The position numbers were made by a program, and so were the translations under genes. Below are positions 48,795-56,785 of a stretch of 64,000 nt of DNA, piece after piece. Each line of letters begins with the position of its first letter. The first letter of the stretch is position 1. Origin of the DNA: Gemmatimonadaceae bacterium (GTDB lineage: Bacteria > Gemmatimonadota > Gemmatimonadetes > Gemmatimonadales > Gemmatimonadaceae). Below the pieces are notes generated by a model. It had not been told where the DNA came from. It searched no databases and saw only the letters and a list, made by a program, of their open reading frames with translations. Where the stretch lies: NCBI GenBank assembly GCA_044224185.1, contig JBGAKW010000015.1, forward strand, positions 55,603 through 119,602. The letters run 5' to 3'.

Positions 48795-50143
48795 GAGCGC
48801 TCGATTTACCCGATCTCCGCCGAGGCTGGGCGTGGAGTACCGTTGAGGAAGTCGGAGAAGTGCAACTTGGTCGGCAGCGCTCGCCAAGGCATCACGCCGG
48901 AACGCATATGCGGCCCTACTTGCGTGTCGCCAACGTGTACGAGGATCGCATCGACACGAGTGACGTCGCGGAAATGAACTTCACGCCCGCGGAGTTCGAG
49001 AGGTATGCACTTACCGTCGGCGATGTCCTATTGAACGAGGGCCAAAGTCTCGAACTCGTTGGGAGACCCGCTTTGTATCGAGGTGAGGTCGAAGGAGCAT
49101 GCTTCCAAAATACGTTGGTGCGATTTCGGGCAGGTAAGGCAGTGCTTCCGAAGTTTGCTCTTCTCGTCTTCCGAAGCTATTTGCATAACCAACGTTTTCA
49201 GCGGATTGCGCGGTGGACGACAAACATTGCGCACTTAGGTGCGGAACGCTTTGCGAAGTTAGAGTTCCCTGTTCCTCCGATCCCCGAACAGCGGCGTATA
49301 GTAGCCGCGCTTGAGGAGCGCCTGTCGGAGCTTGATGCGGCAGTGGCGGGGTTGGAGCGGGCGCGGGCGAATGCTGGAAGAGTCGCGCTCGCAATCCGCA
49401 ATTCGGTACTTCGCGACCTGCCTACACGTGCCTTGGGAGAATTGCTGGCGGCTCCTTTGACCAACGGTCGATCCGTACCTACCGCTTCGATCGGCTTTCC
49501 TGTTCTTCGCCTGACATGCTTGAAGGCAGGTCGCGTCCTTCTCTCCGAACGAAAGATCGGCGATTGGACTGCCGCCGACGCCGCTCCATATCTCGTCAGC
49601 GAAGGCGAATTCCTTGTCTCTAGAGGAAATGGCTCGCGGTCCCTTGTCGGGCGCGGAGGACTTGTCGGTCGCGTGGAGCATCCGGTGGCATTCCCGGACA
49701 CGCTTATTCGCGTTCGGCCTGATTCCACACGTTTGCTGCCGCAGTTTCTTCGCATCGTATGGGAGAGCCGAGTCGTGAGACTCCAGATCGAGCAAGTCGC
49801 GCGTACAACGGCGGGGATCTACAAGATCAACCAGCAGGACATCGAGCGGATCCAACTAGCGTTGCCCGATTCCCTCGACAGGCAGGAGGAATTGGTGAGC
49901 GTCTTGGACGAGCAGCTTGGTGACGTTGACCGAGGCTTGAAAGCCATCGACTCGCAGCTTGCTCGCGCCGCCCGACTCCGCCAATCCATCCTGAAATCCG
50001 CCTTCGAAGGCACGCTCCTCCCGCAGGACCCTAACGACGAACCAGCATCTGTCCTGCTCGAGCGCATTCGCGCCGAACGAAAATCGTCAGCTGCAACTCC
50101 GAAACACTCTCGACGCTCAGCCGCCGTAAAGTCCAACTGCTGA
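48791..50143 (+). CDS. hsdS: Type I restriction enzyme specificity subunit (HsdS), two target-recognition domains
   Basis: GTGA overlap with hsdR. Duplicated TRD plus conserved helical spacers (PPIPEQRRIVAALEERLSELD, LPDSLDRQEELVSVLDEQLGDVD). Confidence 0.85.
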   Translation: MRALDLPDLRRGWAWSTVEEVGEVQLGRQRSPRHHAGTHMRPYLRVANVYEDRIDTSDVAEMNFTPAEFERYALTVGDVLLNEGQSLELVGRPALYRGEVEGACFQNTLVRFRAGKAVLPKFALLVFRSYLHNQRFQRIARWTTNIAHLGAERFAKLEFPVPPIPEQRRIVAALEERLSELDAAVAGLERARANAGRVALAIRNSVLRDLPTRALGELLAAPLTNGRSVPTASIGFPVLRLTCLKAGRVLLSERKIGDWTAADAAPYLVSEGEFLVSRGNGSRSLVGRGGLVGRVEHPVAFPDTLIRVRPDSTRLLPQFLRIVWESRVVRLQIEQVARTTAGIYKINQQDIERIQLALPDSLDRQEELVSVLDEQLGDVDRGLKAIDSQLARAARLRQSILKSAFEGTLLPQDPNDEPASVLLERIRAERKSSAATPKHSRRSAAVKSNC

Positions 50144-50162
50144 CACTCTCCCGCACTCCCTC

Positions 50163-51065
50163 ATGGCCGAAATCACCCGTCGTCGAACCGGAGAGCTACT
50201 TCGTGGGCTCTTCGAGATTCTCATGCAACATCCCGATGGACTACCGGCAGCGAAGGCGCTCGAACTGCTCGCGCAGAAGCTCCCACCGACGCCGTTCGAG
50301 AATGGGGATTTTGAGTCGGGCGGTCGTCGCTATGAGAAAATCGTCCGGTGGGGAACGGTCGATTGCGTGAAGGCCGAGTGGCTCATCAAAGCGCACGGTC
50401 GGTGGACGATTACAGACGAAGGAAAGAAGGCGTACGCTGCGTACCCTGACGACGAGGCGTTCTATAAACGCGCCGTCTTCTTGTATCACGAGTGGCGGAA
50501 GAGCACGCCGCCGAAAGAGACGAGTGGTGGAGTCAGCGCCGCTCCCATCGAATCGGACGCGGACGCCAAGGAGGCCAGCATCACTTTCGAGGAAGCCGAC
50601 GAACAAGCCTGGACCGAAATCGAGAAGCACCTAACGACGATGCCGCCGTACGATTTCCAGAACCTCGTAGCGTCGCTGCTCCGCGGCATGGGCTACTACG
50701 TCGGATGGATTGCTCCCCCTGGCAAGGACGGCGGCATCGACATCACCGCTTTCAACGACCCACTCGGCACGCGCCCACCGCGCATCAAAGTCCAGGTCAA
50801 GCGACAACAGAACAAAGTCGCTGTCGATGGCCTTCGTTCGTTCATGGCGTTGTTAGGCACAGATGATGTCGGGATCTTCGTGAATGCCGGTGGCTTCACG
50901 AGAGACGCCGAGGATGAGGCGCGCACGCAGCCGTCGCGCCGGGTGACGTTGGTGGACCTCGAGCGGCTGGTCGATCTGTGGACCGAGCACTATCACAAGA
51001 TCGACGACAAGGACAAGCGGAGGCTGCCACTCGTGCCGATCTACTTCCTGGCGCCTGAGGGATAG
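50163..51065 (+). CDS. Mrr-like restriction endonuclease (Mrr_N winged helix plus Mrr catalytic domain)
   Basis: N-terminal wHTH (YEKIVRWGTVDCVKAEWLIKAHGRWTITDEG). Catalytic core FQNLVASLLRGMGY...GKDGGIDITAF...IKVQVKRQ. Confidence 0.8.
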   Translation: MAEITRRRTGELLRGLFEILMQHPDGLPAAKALELLAQKLPPTPFENGDFESGGRRYEKIVRWGTVDCVKAEWLIKAHGRWTITDEGKKAYAAYPDDEAFYKRAVFLYHEWRKSTPPKETSGGVSAAPIESDADAKEASITFEEADEQAWTEIEKHLTTMPPYDFQNLVASLLRGMGYYVGWIAPPGKDGGIDITAFNDPLGTRPPRIKVQVKRQQNKVAVDGLRSFMALLGTDDVGIFVNAGGFTRDAEDEARTQPSRRVTLVDLERLVDLWTEHYHKIDDKDKRRLPLVPIYFLAPEG

Positions 51066-51070
51066 GAGAG

Positions 51071-51814
51071 ATGACCCTCACCTACGGCGACTACATCGTC
51101 TTCGTGGACGAAAGTGGTGATCACGGCCTGCAGTCAATCGATCCGCACTATCCCATCTTCGTCCTCGCGTTTGCCGTCTTTGCGAAGCACGACTACGCAA
51201 ACGTCTGCGTACCGGATCTCCTTCAATTCAAGTTCCGGTACTTCGGCCACGCTCAGACGATTCTTCACGAGCACGACATCAAGAAAGCCAAAGGACCATT
51301 TCGCATCCTCGTGGACTCATCACGACGTGCGTCCTTTCTGGCTGATCTAGGTTCGTTGATCGAACGAGTTCCTTTCACGCTTGTTGCCGTCGCTATTCAC
51401 AAGGCAGCGCTCAAGGAGAAGTACATCACGCCGAGCAATCCGTATGCGTTAGCGATGGAGTACGGGCTCGAGCGAGTCTGCGCGCTTCTCGAGGAAAAGG
51501 GGCAGACGGGACGACTCACTCACGTGATCTTCGAGTGCAGGGGCAGAAAGGAGGATCTCGAGTTGGAGGTGGAGTTCCGTCGAGTCACCGGAGGGGGAAA
51601 CGCCACGTGCAGCCGGGTCCCGCTCGAAATCGTGATGACAGACAAAAAATCAGTGTCGGCAGGACTCGAGATAGCCGATCTCGTCGCGCGGCCCATCGGG
51701 CTTCACGTGCTTCGTCCGGAACAACCGAATCGCACGTGGCCGGTCATCGAGCCGAAGTTTCGACGTGGGCGAAATGGCCGCTTGGACGGAATCGGTCTAA
51801 AGTGCTTCCCCTAA
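51071..51814 (+). CDS. DUF3800-family protein
   Basis: YIVFVDESGDHGL N-terminal signature, and LEIADLVARPIG near the C-terminus. RBS AGGAGAG. Only 5 nt after the mrr stop. Confidence 0.7.
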   Translation: MTLTYGDYIVFVDESGDHGLQSIDPHYPIFVLAFAVFAKHDYANVCVPDLLQFKFRYFGHAQTILHEHDIKKAKGPFRILVDSSRRASFLADLGSLIERVPFTLVAVAIHKAALKEKYITPSNPYALAMEYGLERVCALLEEKGQTGRLTHVIFECRGRKEDLELEVEFRRVTGGGNATCSRVPLEIVMTDKKSVSAGLEIADLVARPIGLHVLRPEQPNRTWPVIEPKFRRGRNGRLDGIGLKCFP

Positions 51815-51931
51815 CGCGCCTGAAAACGGAAGCGCCGGCCCTCGAGGATTCCCCCGAAGCCCGGCGCCGACCAGGATTCCCCAGTCCATTTGTACTCGAA
51901 TGATAGTTTTGCGGGACCCGAAGTCAACCGA

Positions 51932-51991
51932 CTCCAGCGGTCTCCAGCGGTCTCCAGCGGTCTCCAGCGGTCTCCAGCGGTCTCCAGCGGT
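51932..51991. repeat. Six perfect tandem copies of the 10-bp unit CTCCAGCGGT
   Basis: Read directly. Intergenic, between the DUF3800 stop (51814) and the HTH gene start (52072). Confidence 0.95.
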
Positions 51992-52009
51992 CTCCAGCGG
52001 TTCGCAACG
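51991..52009. promoter_or_regulatory. Palindrome TTCGCAA-cgatc-TTGCGAA immediately after the 10-bp repeat tract
   Basis: Read directly. Lies 63 nt upstream of the GTG at 52072. Confidence 0.4.
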
Positions 52010-52071
52010 ATCTTGCGAATGTTTCGATTGTTGCGTCTATTTCGTTTGGGACATTTGGCGGATAAGCGATC

Positions 52072-52527
52072 GTGAGCGCGACTCTCCAACTTCCGACGAC
52101 TGAAGAATCAGACGAGGCAAACCAAGCGCTGCGAGTCCTGACGCGACTGGCTACCGCTCGTGCCAAGAAGCACGTCCGTCTCCAAACGGATGGGCGCGAT
52201 GCGCGTACAATCATCGTACCTCGCAGAGCATTCAATCTGTTTCTTGAGGTTCTCGGGCAGATGGCAAGCGGCAACGCGGTCACGATTGTCCCCGTGCGCT
52301 CCGAGTTGACGACGCAGCAAGCGGCTGACCTTCTCAACGTCTCTCGTCCCCATCTGGTGTCTTTGCTCGAACGCGGCGAGCTCACCTATCGGAAGGTTGG
52401 CACGCATCGTCGCGTTCTCTTTACCGACCTCCAAGCATACAAGCGCAGCCACGATGCGAGTTCGCGCGACGCAGTCGCGGAGGTCACCCGACAGTCGCAG
52501 GAACTCGGGCTCGACGCGGAGTCCTGA
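52072..52527 (+). CDS. Excisionase-family (MerR-like) helix-turn-helix DNA-binding protein
   Basis: LTTQQAADLLNVSRPHLVSLLERGELTYRKVGTHRRVLFTDLQAY. GTG start. Confidence 0.65.
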   Translation: MSATLQLPTTEESDEANQALRVLTRLATARAKKHVRLQTDGRDARTIIVPRRAFNLFLEVLGQMASGNAVTIVPVRSELTTQQAADLLNVSRPHLVSLLERGELTYRKVGTHRRVLFTDLQAYKRSHDASSRDAVAEVTRQSQELGLDAES

Positions 52528-52594
52528 TGGTTTGCCTCGAGCATGAGCTACTCAGCGGTGCTCGCCCGCTGTGCCTAACGTGGATTGAGATTGA

Positions 52595-54100
52595 ATGACC
52601 GCACAACAAATCGTCGCGAAGCTCTGGAATTACTGCAACGTTCTGCGAGATGACGGGCTTTCGTACGGAGACTACGTAGAGCAGCTCACGTATCTCCTCT
52701 TCCTCAAAATGGCCCATGAACGCACGCAGGCTCCGTGGTCGCAAGCTTCAATCATTCCGCGCGGCTTCGACTGGCCAGCACTCCTCACGAAGGAAGGTGA
52801 CGCACTCGAGACGCAGTACCGGCACACCCTCGAGCGACTCGGCCGCGAGCCTGGAATGCTCGGGCTCATCTTCAGAAAAGCGCAGAACAAAATTCAGGAC
52901 CCTTCAAAGTTGCGCCGACTCATCGCTGACCTGATTGATCGCGAAGAATGGGTGTCTCTCGACGCGGACGTAAAAGGAGATGCGTACGAGGGGCTTCTCG
53001 AGAAGAACGCGCAGGATACAAAGGGCGGAGCAGGACAGTACTTCACACCACGTGCGCTCATTCAGGCAATCGTCGCGTGCATTTCGCCGCGACCGGGTGA
53101 GACGATCTGTGATCCTGCATGTGGTACAGGCGGATTTCTACTCGCGGCACACGACTACATCGTCGGCGAAAACAAAACACTCGATAAAAAGGCGAAGAAG
53201 CACCTAAAGCTCGAAGCACTCCACGGTGTAGAGCTCGTAGACGGTGTGGCGCGTTTGTGCGCGATGAACCTTCTCCTTCACGGAATCGGCCCGACCGCAG
53301 GAGAACAATCAGAGCCAGCGGTGACGGCTGACGACGCACTTCGTGCCGATCCCGGAGACCGCTTCGACGTAATTCTCACCAATCCACCGTTCGGTCGGAA
53401 ATCGAGCGTACGAATGGTGAACGCCGAGGGTGACGAAGAGCGACAGGATCTCACGGTGGTGCGGGACGATTTCTGGACCAGCACGGGCAACAAGCAACTC
53501 GCCTTCGTGCAGCACGTAAAGACGCTCCTGAAAATCGGCGGGCGCGCGGCGGTCGTAGTGCCCGACAACGTCTTATTTGAGGGTGGCGCTGGCGAAATCG
53601 TTAGGCGGAAGTTGCTGCACGAATGCGATGTGCACACCATGCTGCGTCTTCCAACTGGCATCTTCTACGCCCAGGGTGTGAAAGCCAACGTGCTCTTCTT
53701 CGATCGTCGCGCCGCGAGCCAAGCTCCGCAAACGAAGAAGTTGTGGATCTACGATCTTCGGACAAATGAGCACTTTACCCTGAAGACGAATCCGCTGAAG
53801 CGCGCGGCTCTCGACGAGTTCGTGAACTGCTACAATCCCTCCAACCGGCATGTCCGGAAGGCGACGTGGAGCGAGATGAAGTCGCCTGATGGACGGTGGC
53901 GAGCGTACGACTATGCGGAGTTGGTTGCGCGGGACAAAGCTTCGCTCGACGTATTTTGGCTTCGAGACGAAGCGCTCGAGGCTTCGGCAAATCTTCCCGC
54001 TCCCGAACTGATCGCGGCCGAAATTGTTGAGGATCTGCGCGCTGCGCTGGAAGCGTTCGAGGGCCTTGAGAGTGCACTGGCGGCGAGGGGAAAGACGTAA
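52595..54100 (+). CDS. hsdM: Type I restriction-modification N6-adenine DNA methyltransferase subunit (HsdM)
   Basis: HsdM_N-like LWNYCNVLRDDGLSYGDYVEQLTYLLFLK, motif I ICDPACGTGGFLL, and motif IV ILTNPPFG. Confidence 0.9.
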   Translation: MTAQQIVAKLWNYCNVLRDDGLSYGDYVEQLTYLLFLKMAHERTQAPWSQASIIPRGFDWPALLTKEGDALETQYRHTLERLGREPGMLGLIFRKAQNKIQDPSKLRRLIADLIDREEWVSLDADVKGDAYEGLLEKNAQDTKGGAGQYFTPRALIQAIVACISPRPGETICDPACGTGGFLLAAHDYIVGENKTLDKKAKKHLKLEALHGVELVDGVARLCAMNLLLHGIGPTAGEQSEPAVTADDALRADPGDRFDVILTNPPFGRKSSVRMVNAEGDEERQDLTVVRDDFWTSTGNKQLAFVQHVKTLLKIGGRAAVVVPDNVLFEGGAGEIVRRKLLHECDVHTMLRLPTGIFYAQGVKANVLFFDRRAASQAPQTKKLWIYDLRTNEHFTLKTNPLKRAALDEFVNCYNPSNRHVRKATWSEMKSPDGRWRAYDYAELVARDKASLDVFWLRDEALEASANLPAPELIAAEIVEDLRAALEAFEGLESALAARGKT

Positions 54101-54127
54101 GCTCTTGATGGATTCGCACTGAACGCA

Positions 54128-54162
54128 AAAGAGGTGGAATCAAAGTCCGATTCCACCTCTTT
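54128..54162. terminator. Perfect 14-bp hairpin after hsdM (aaagaggtggaatc - aaagtcc - gattccacctcttt) with flanking A/T runs. Probable bidirectional intrinsic terminator.
   Basis: Read directly. It lies between the convergent hsdM (+) and ADOP permease (-) genes. Confidence 0.65.
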
Positions 54163-54207
54163 CGTTTCCGGCGTCCGACTCAACTAGTTCGTCGGCATCA
54201 GATCACA

Positions 54208-56646
54208 TCACTCTGTCCGCAATGCCCGAATCGGATCAACCCCCGACGCACGGCGAGCCGGAATCCACACGGCCAGCAGCGCCACACTAATCAGCACAAG
54301 CGAGACGACGCCAATCGTGATTGGATCCGCGGAACTCCCGCCATACAGGAGACCGCGCACCAATCGCGCGGCGCCTAACGCCCCCACCAGCCCAAGGGCC
54401 ATCCCGATGCCGACGAGGCGCATCCCCTGTCCGATGACGAGCCGGACGACTTCACCTCGTGATGAACCAATGGCCATGCGAATGCCGATTTCACGCGTGC
54501 GTTGCGCGACGGAGTAGGACATGACGCCGTACATGCCAACGGCCGCCAGCAAGAGCCCTAACAATCCGAAGACGCCAAGCGCGGTGCCGGCGATGCGCGA
54601 CGGGAGAAGGGCGAGTCCCAAGTGCGTGGTGAGCGACTTGATATTCCCCAACGGGAGCGTCGGGTCCATTGCGGCCACCTCGCTCCGAAGCGTCGGCACC
54701 AGATTCATCGGATCGCCCGCGGTGCGCACGACGATGTTCATGCCGGAACTCCAGTTCTGAAGCTGCGGAAAATAGATGAAGGCCGTGGGCTCCTCGCCTA
54801 ACGAGCGATACTTGCCGGTGGTCGTCACGCCGACGATGATGCACTCTTTCGCTCCATGCTTGACCTTGGCGCCGATGGGGTCGCGTCCCTGCAGGAAACG
54901 ATCGACGAAGCGCTGGTTGACGATGATGGCAGGAGCGGCGGTACTATCGTCCTGCAGCGTGAAGGTCCGCCCCTTGAGCAATGGGACCTGCAATGCCTCG
55001 AAGTATCCGGGCGAGACCACGCCGTACTGAATGGACATGCTCTCCTCGGGCGCGGGAACATAGCCATCGACTTCCACACCGGTGTCACTGTTGCTGAGGC
55101 CGAGTTGCGGATTGTCGATGAGGCCGACGCCTTCGACGCCGGGGAGTGCTTTCACGCGCTCCATGAGTCGGTTGTAGAATTGCTCCGTCCGGGCGCGCGT
55201 GTATCCCTGCAGCTGCGGGTCGACATCGGCCATCAGGACGTTTTGCGCTGCGAACCCTTTGTCGAGATTCGTGGCAAGGCGGATGTTGCGGAGGAAGAGC
55301 CCCGCGCAGGTGAGGAGCATGAGCGAGAGCGCCATTTGCGCGACGACGAGCGGCGCGCTGAGGCGCGAGCGCGAACCACCGGCGGGCGCTTCACCTTTGA
55401 GGGCGGGGACGAGCGAGGGACGCGTGGCTTGCAAGGCGGGGGCGAGACCGAAGAGCATGCCGACTGCCAGCGAGATTGCCAACGAAAACGCAAGCACCGG
55501 TATCGACAGCTGCAAATTCGGCTGCATGTCGATGTCCATCGGAATGCGAACGCCGTTGGCAATGCTGATGGCCCACGATGCAATGAGAAGCCCGACGACG
55601 CCGGAGACGATGGCGAACAGGATACTCTCGGTGAGGAGCTGCCGAATGAGCCGCGCGCGGCGCGCGCCGATGCTCAAGCGCACCGCCATTTCGCGTGAGC
55701 GCTCGCTCGCACGGGCGAGGAAGAGATTGGCGACGTTGACGCAGGCGATGAGGAGCAGCATGGCGACGACCGCCATGATGAGCGACGACATCTGCACCTG
55801 TGTCTGGCGAAACATCGGATGAATGCCGGCGTCACTCTGCCTAACGAGCAGCATCCCAGATCCCTTGTACTGCCGCGGGTACTGCTCGGCGATTTGCCGG
55901 TTGATCGCCGTGAGACGCGCCTGTGCCTGCTCCGCGGTTACCCCCGGCTTCAGGCGTGCGATCATGTTCATGAAGTTGTTGTCGCGCTTCTCGAATACGT
56001 CATTGCCGCGCCCCGAGATGTGCACGAGCTGCATGAGCGGGACAAACACGGTGGGTGCGACCATCGGCATCGCGCCGACGAACTCCTTGGCGGTGATCCC
56101 GACAATCGTGTACGCCTGTCCGTTGATGATCATCTGCTTGCCGACGATGGCCGGATCGCCCCCAAACTTTCGCTGCCACGACGAGTAGGAGAGAATGGCA
56201 ACAGGATGCGCACCGTAGCCGACGTCTTCATCTGCCGTGAAGCTGCGGCCGTGGGCCATCTCGACGCCTAACGTGGGGAAGTATGAGGCAGACACCACCG
56301 ACGCCATGGCGCGCTCGTTCTGGCCGTTGAACGACAGGTTGATGAACTCGTAGTCCCAGATGGCGGCATTCTGGAAGAGATCCTGACCGCGCTCCTTCAC
56401 GTCGACATAGTGCGGCACGTTCGACGAGCCATAGCTCATGCCGGGCCATGAACGATAGATCTGCACGACTTCTTCGGGGGCGCGCGTCCCGGGTAGCGGG
56501 CGCAATAGCAGCGCTTCGATGGCCGAAAAGACGGCGGTGTTGAGACCGATGCCTAACGCCAACGTCAGGACGCCGATGGCCGTGAAGAGTGGGCGCCGCA
56601 AGAGCGAGCGGACCGCGAACCGGATGTCTTGAAACAGCGTCCCCAT
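54208..56646 (-). CDS. ADOP-family duplicated orphan ABC permease (MacB-like, two FtsX-type modules)
   Basis: 812 aa, N-terminal MGTLFQDIRFAVRSLLRRPLFTAIGVLTLALGIG, duplicated 4-TM modules with a large periplasmic domain, and no adjacent ATPase gene. Confidence 0.85.
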   Translation of the reverse strand: MGTLFQDIRFAVRSLLRRPLFTAIGVLTLALGIGLNTAVFSAIEALLLRPLPGTRAPEEVVQIYRSWPGMSYGSSNVPHYVDVKERGQDLFQNAAIWDYEFINLSFNGQNERAMASVVSASYFPTLGVEMAHGRSFTADEDVGYGAHPVAILSYSSWQRKFGGDPAIVGKQMIINGQAYTIVGITAKEFVGAMPMVAPTVFVPLMQLVHISGRGNDVFEKRDNNFMNMIARLKPGVTAEQAQARLTAINRQIAEQYPRQYKGSGMLLVRQSDAGIHPMFRQTQVQMSSLIMAVVAMLLLIACVNVANLFLARASERSREMAVRLSIGARRARLIRQLLTESILFAIVSGVVGLLIASWAISIANGVRIPMDIDMQPNLQLSIPVLAFSLAISLAVGMLFGLAPALQATRPSLVPALKGEAPAGGSRSRLSAPLVVAQMALSLMLLTCAGLFLRNIRLATNLDKGFAAQNVLMADVDPQLQGYTRARTEQFYNRLMERVKALPGVEGVGLIDNPQLGLSNSDTGVEVDGYVPAPEESMSIQYGVVSPGYFEALQVPLLKGRTFTLQDDSTAAPAIIVNQRFVDRFLQGRDPIGAKVKHGAKECIIVGVTTTGKYRSLGEEPTAFIYFPQLQNWSSGMNIVVRTAGDPMNLVPTLRSEVAAMDPTLPLGNIKSLTTHLGLALLPSRIAGTALGVFGLLGLLLAAVGMYGVMSYSVAQRTREIGIRMAIGSSRGEVVRLVIGQGMRLVGIGMALGLVGALGAARLVRGLLYGGSSADPITIGVVSLVLISVALLAVWIPARRASGVDPIRALRTE

Positions 56647-56690
56647 GAGCTAGACCTCGAGTGCAGGTGATTCGCCTAACAATTCCGAGA

Positions 56691-56747
56691 AACCGTGGTG
56701 GTGCTGAGAACCCGCAGTGGTGCCGACATACCGTAGCGGTGCCGACG
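56691..56747. repeat. Three imperfect tandem 19-bp repeats (aaccgtggtggtgctgaga / acccgcagtggtgccgaca / taccgtagcggtgccgacg) in the spacer between the two ADOP genes
   Basis: Aligned by eye, about 14/19 identities between neighbouring units. Confidence 0.5.
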
Positions 56748-56785
56748 CACCCTAACGCTGCCGAGCCTTCGTAGAACGCCAGCGA

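Noticed and set aside
51932-51991. Possible CRISPR array
   Set aside because: The repeats are 10 bp, directly abutting with no spacers, and no cas genes are present.
51811-52385. ORFs reading through the 10-bp tandem repeat (for example 51811..52089 minus, 51890..52075 plus, 51924..52385 minus)
   Set aside because: Their repetitive peptides (ETAGDRWRPL.. / SSGLQRSPAV..) are a translation artefact of the DNA repeat. The 10-bp unit is not a multiple of 3, and the region is better explained as intergenic.
44097-54207. Calling the defence island an integrative mobile element
   Set aside because: No integrase, recombinase, transposase, tRNA target or flanking direct repeats could be found. Only the compositional shift and gene content support foreign origin.
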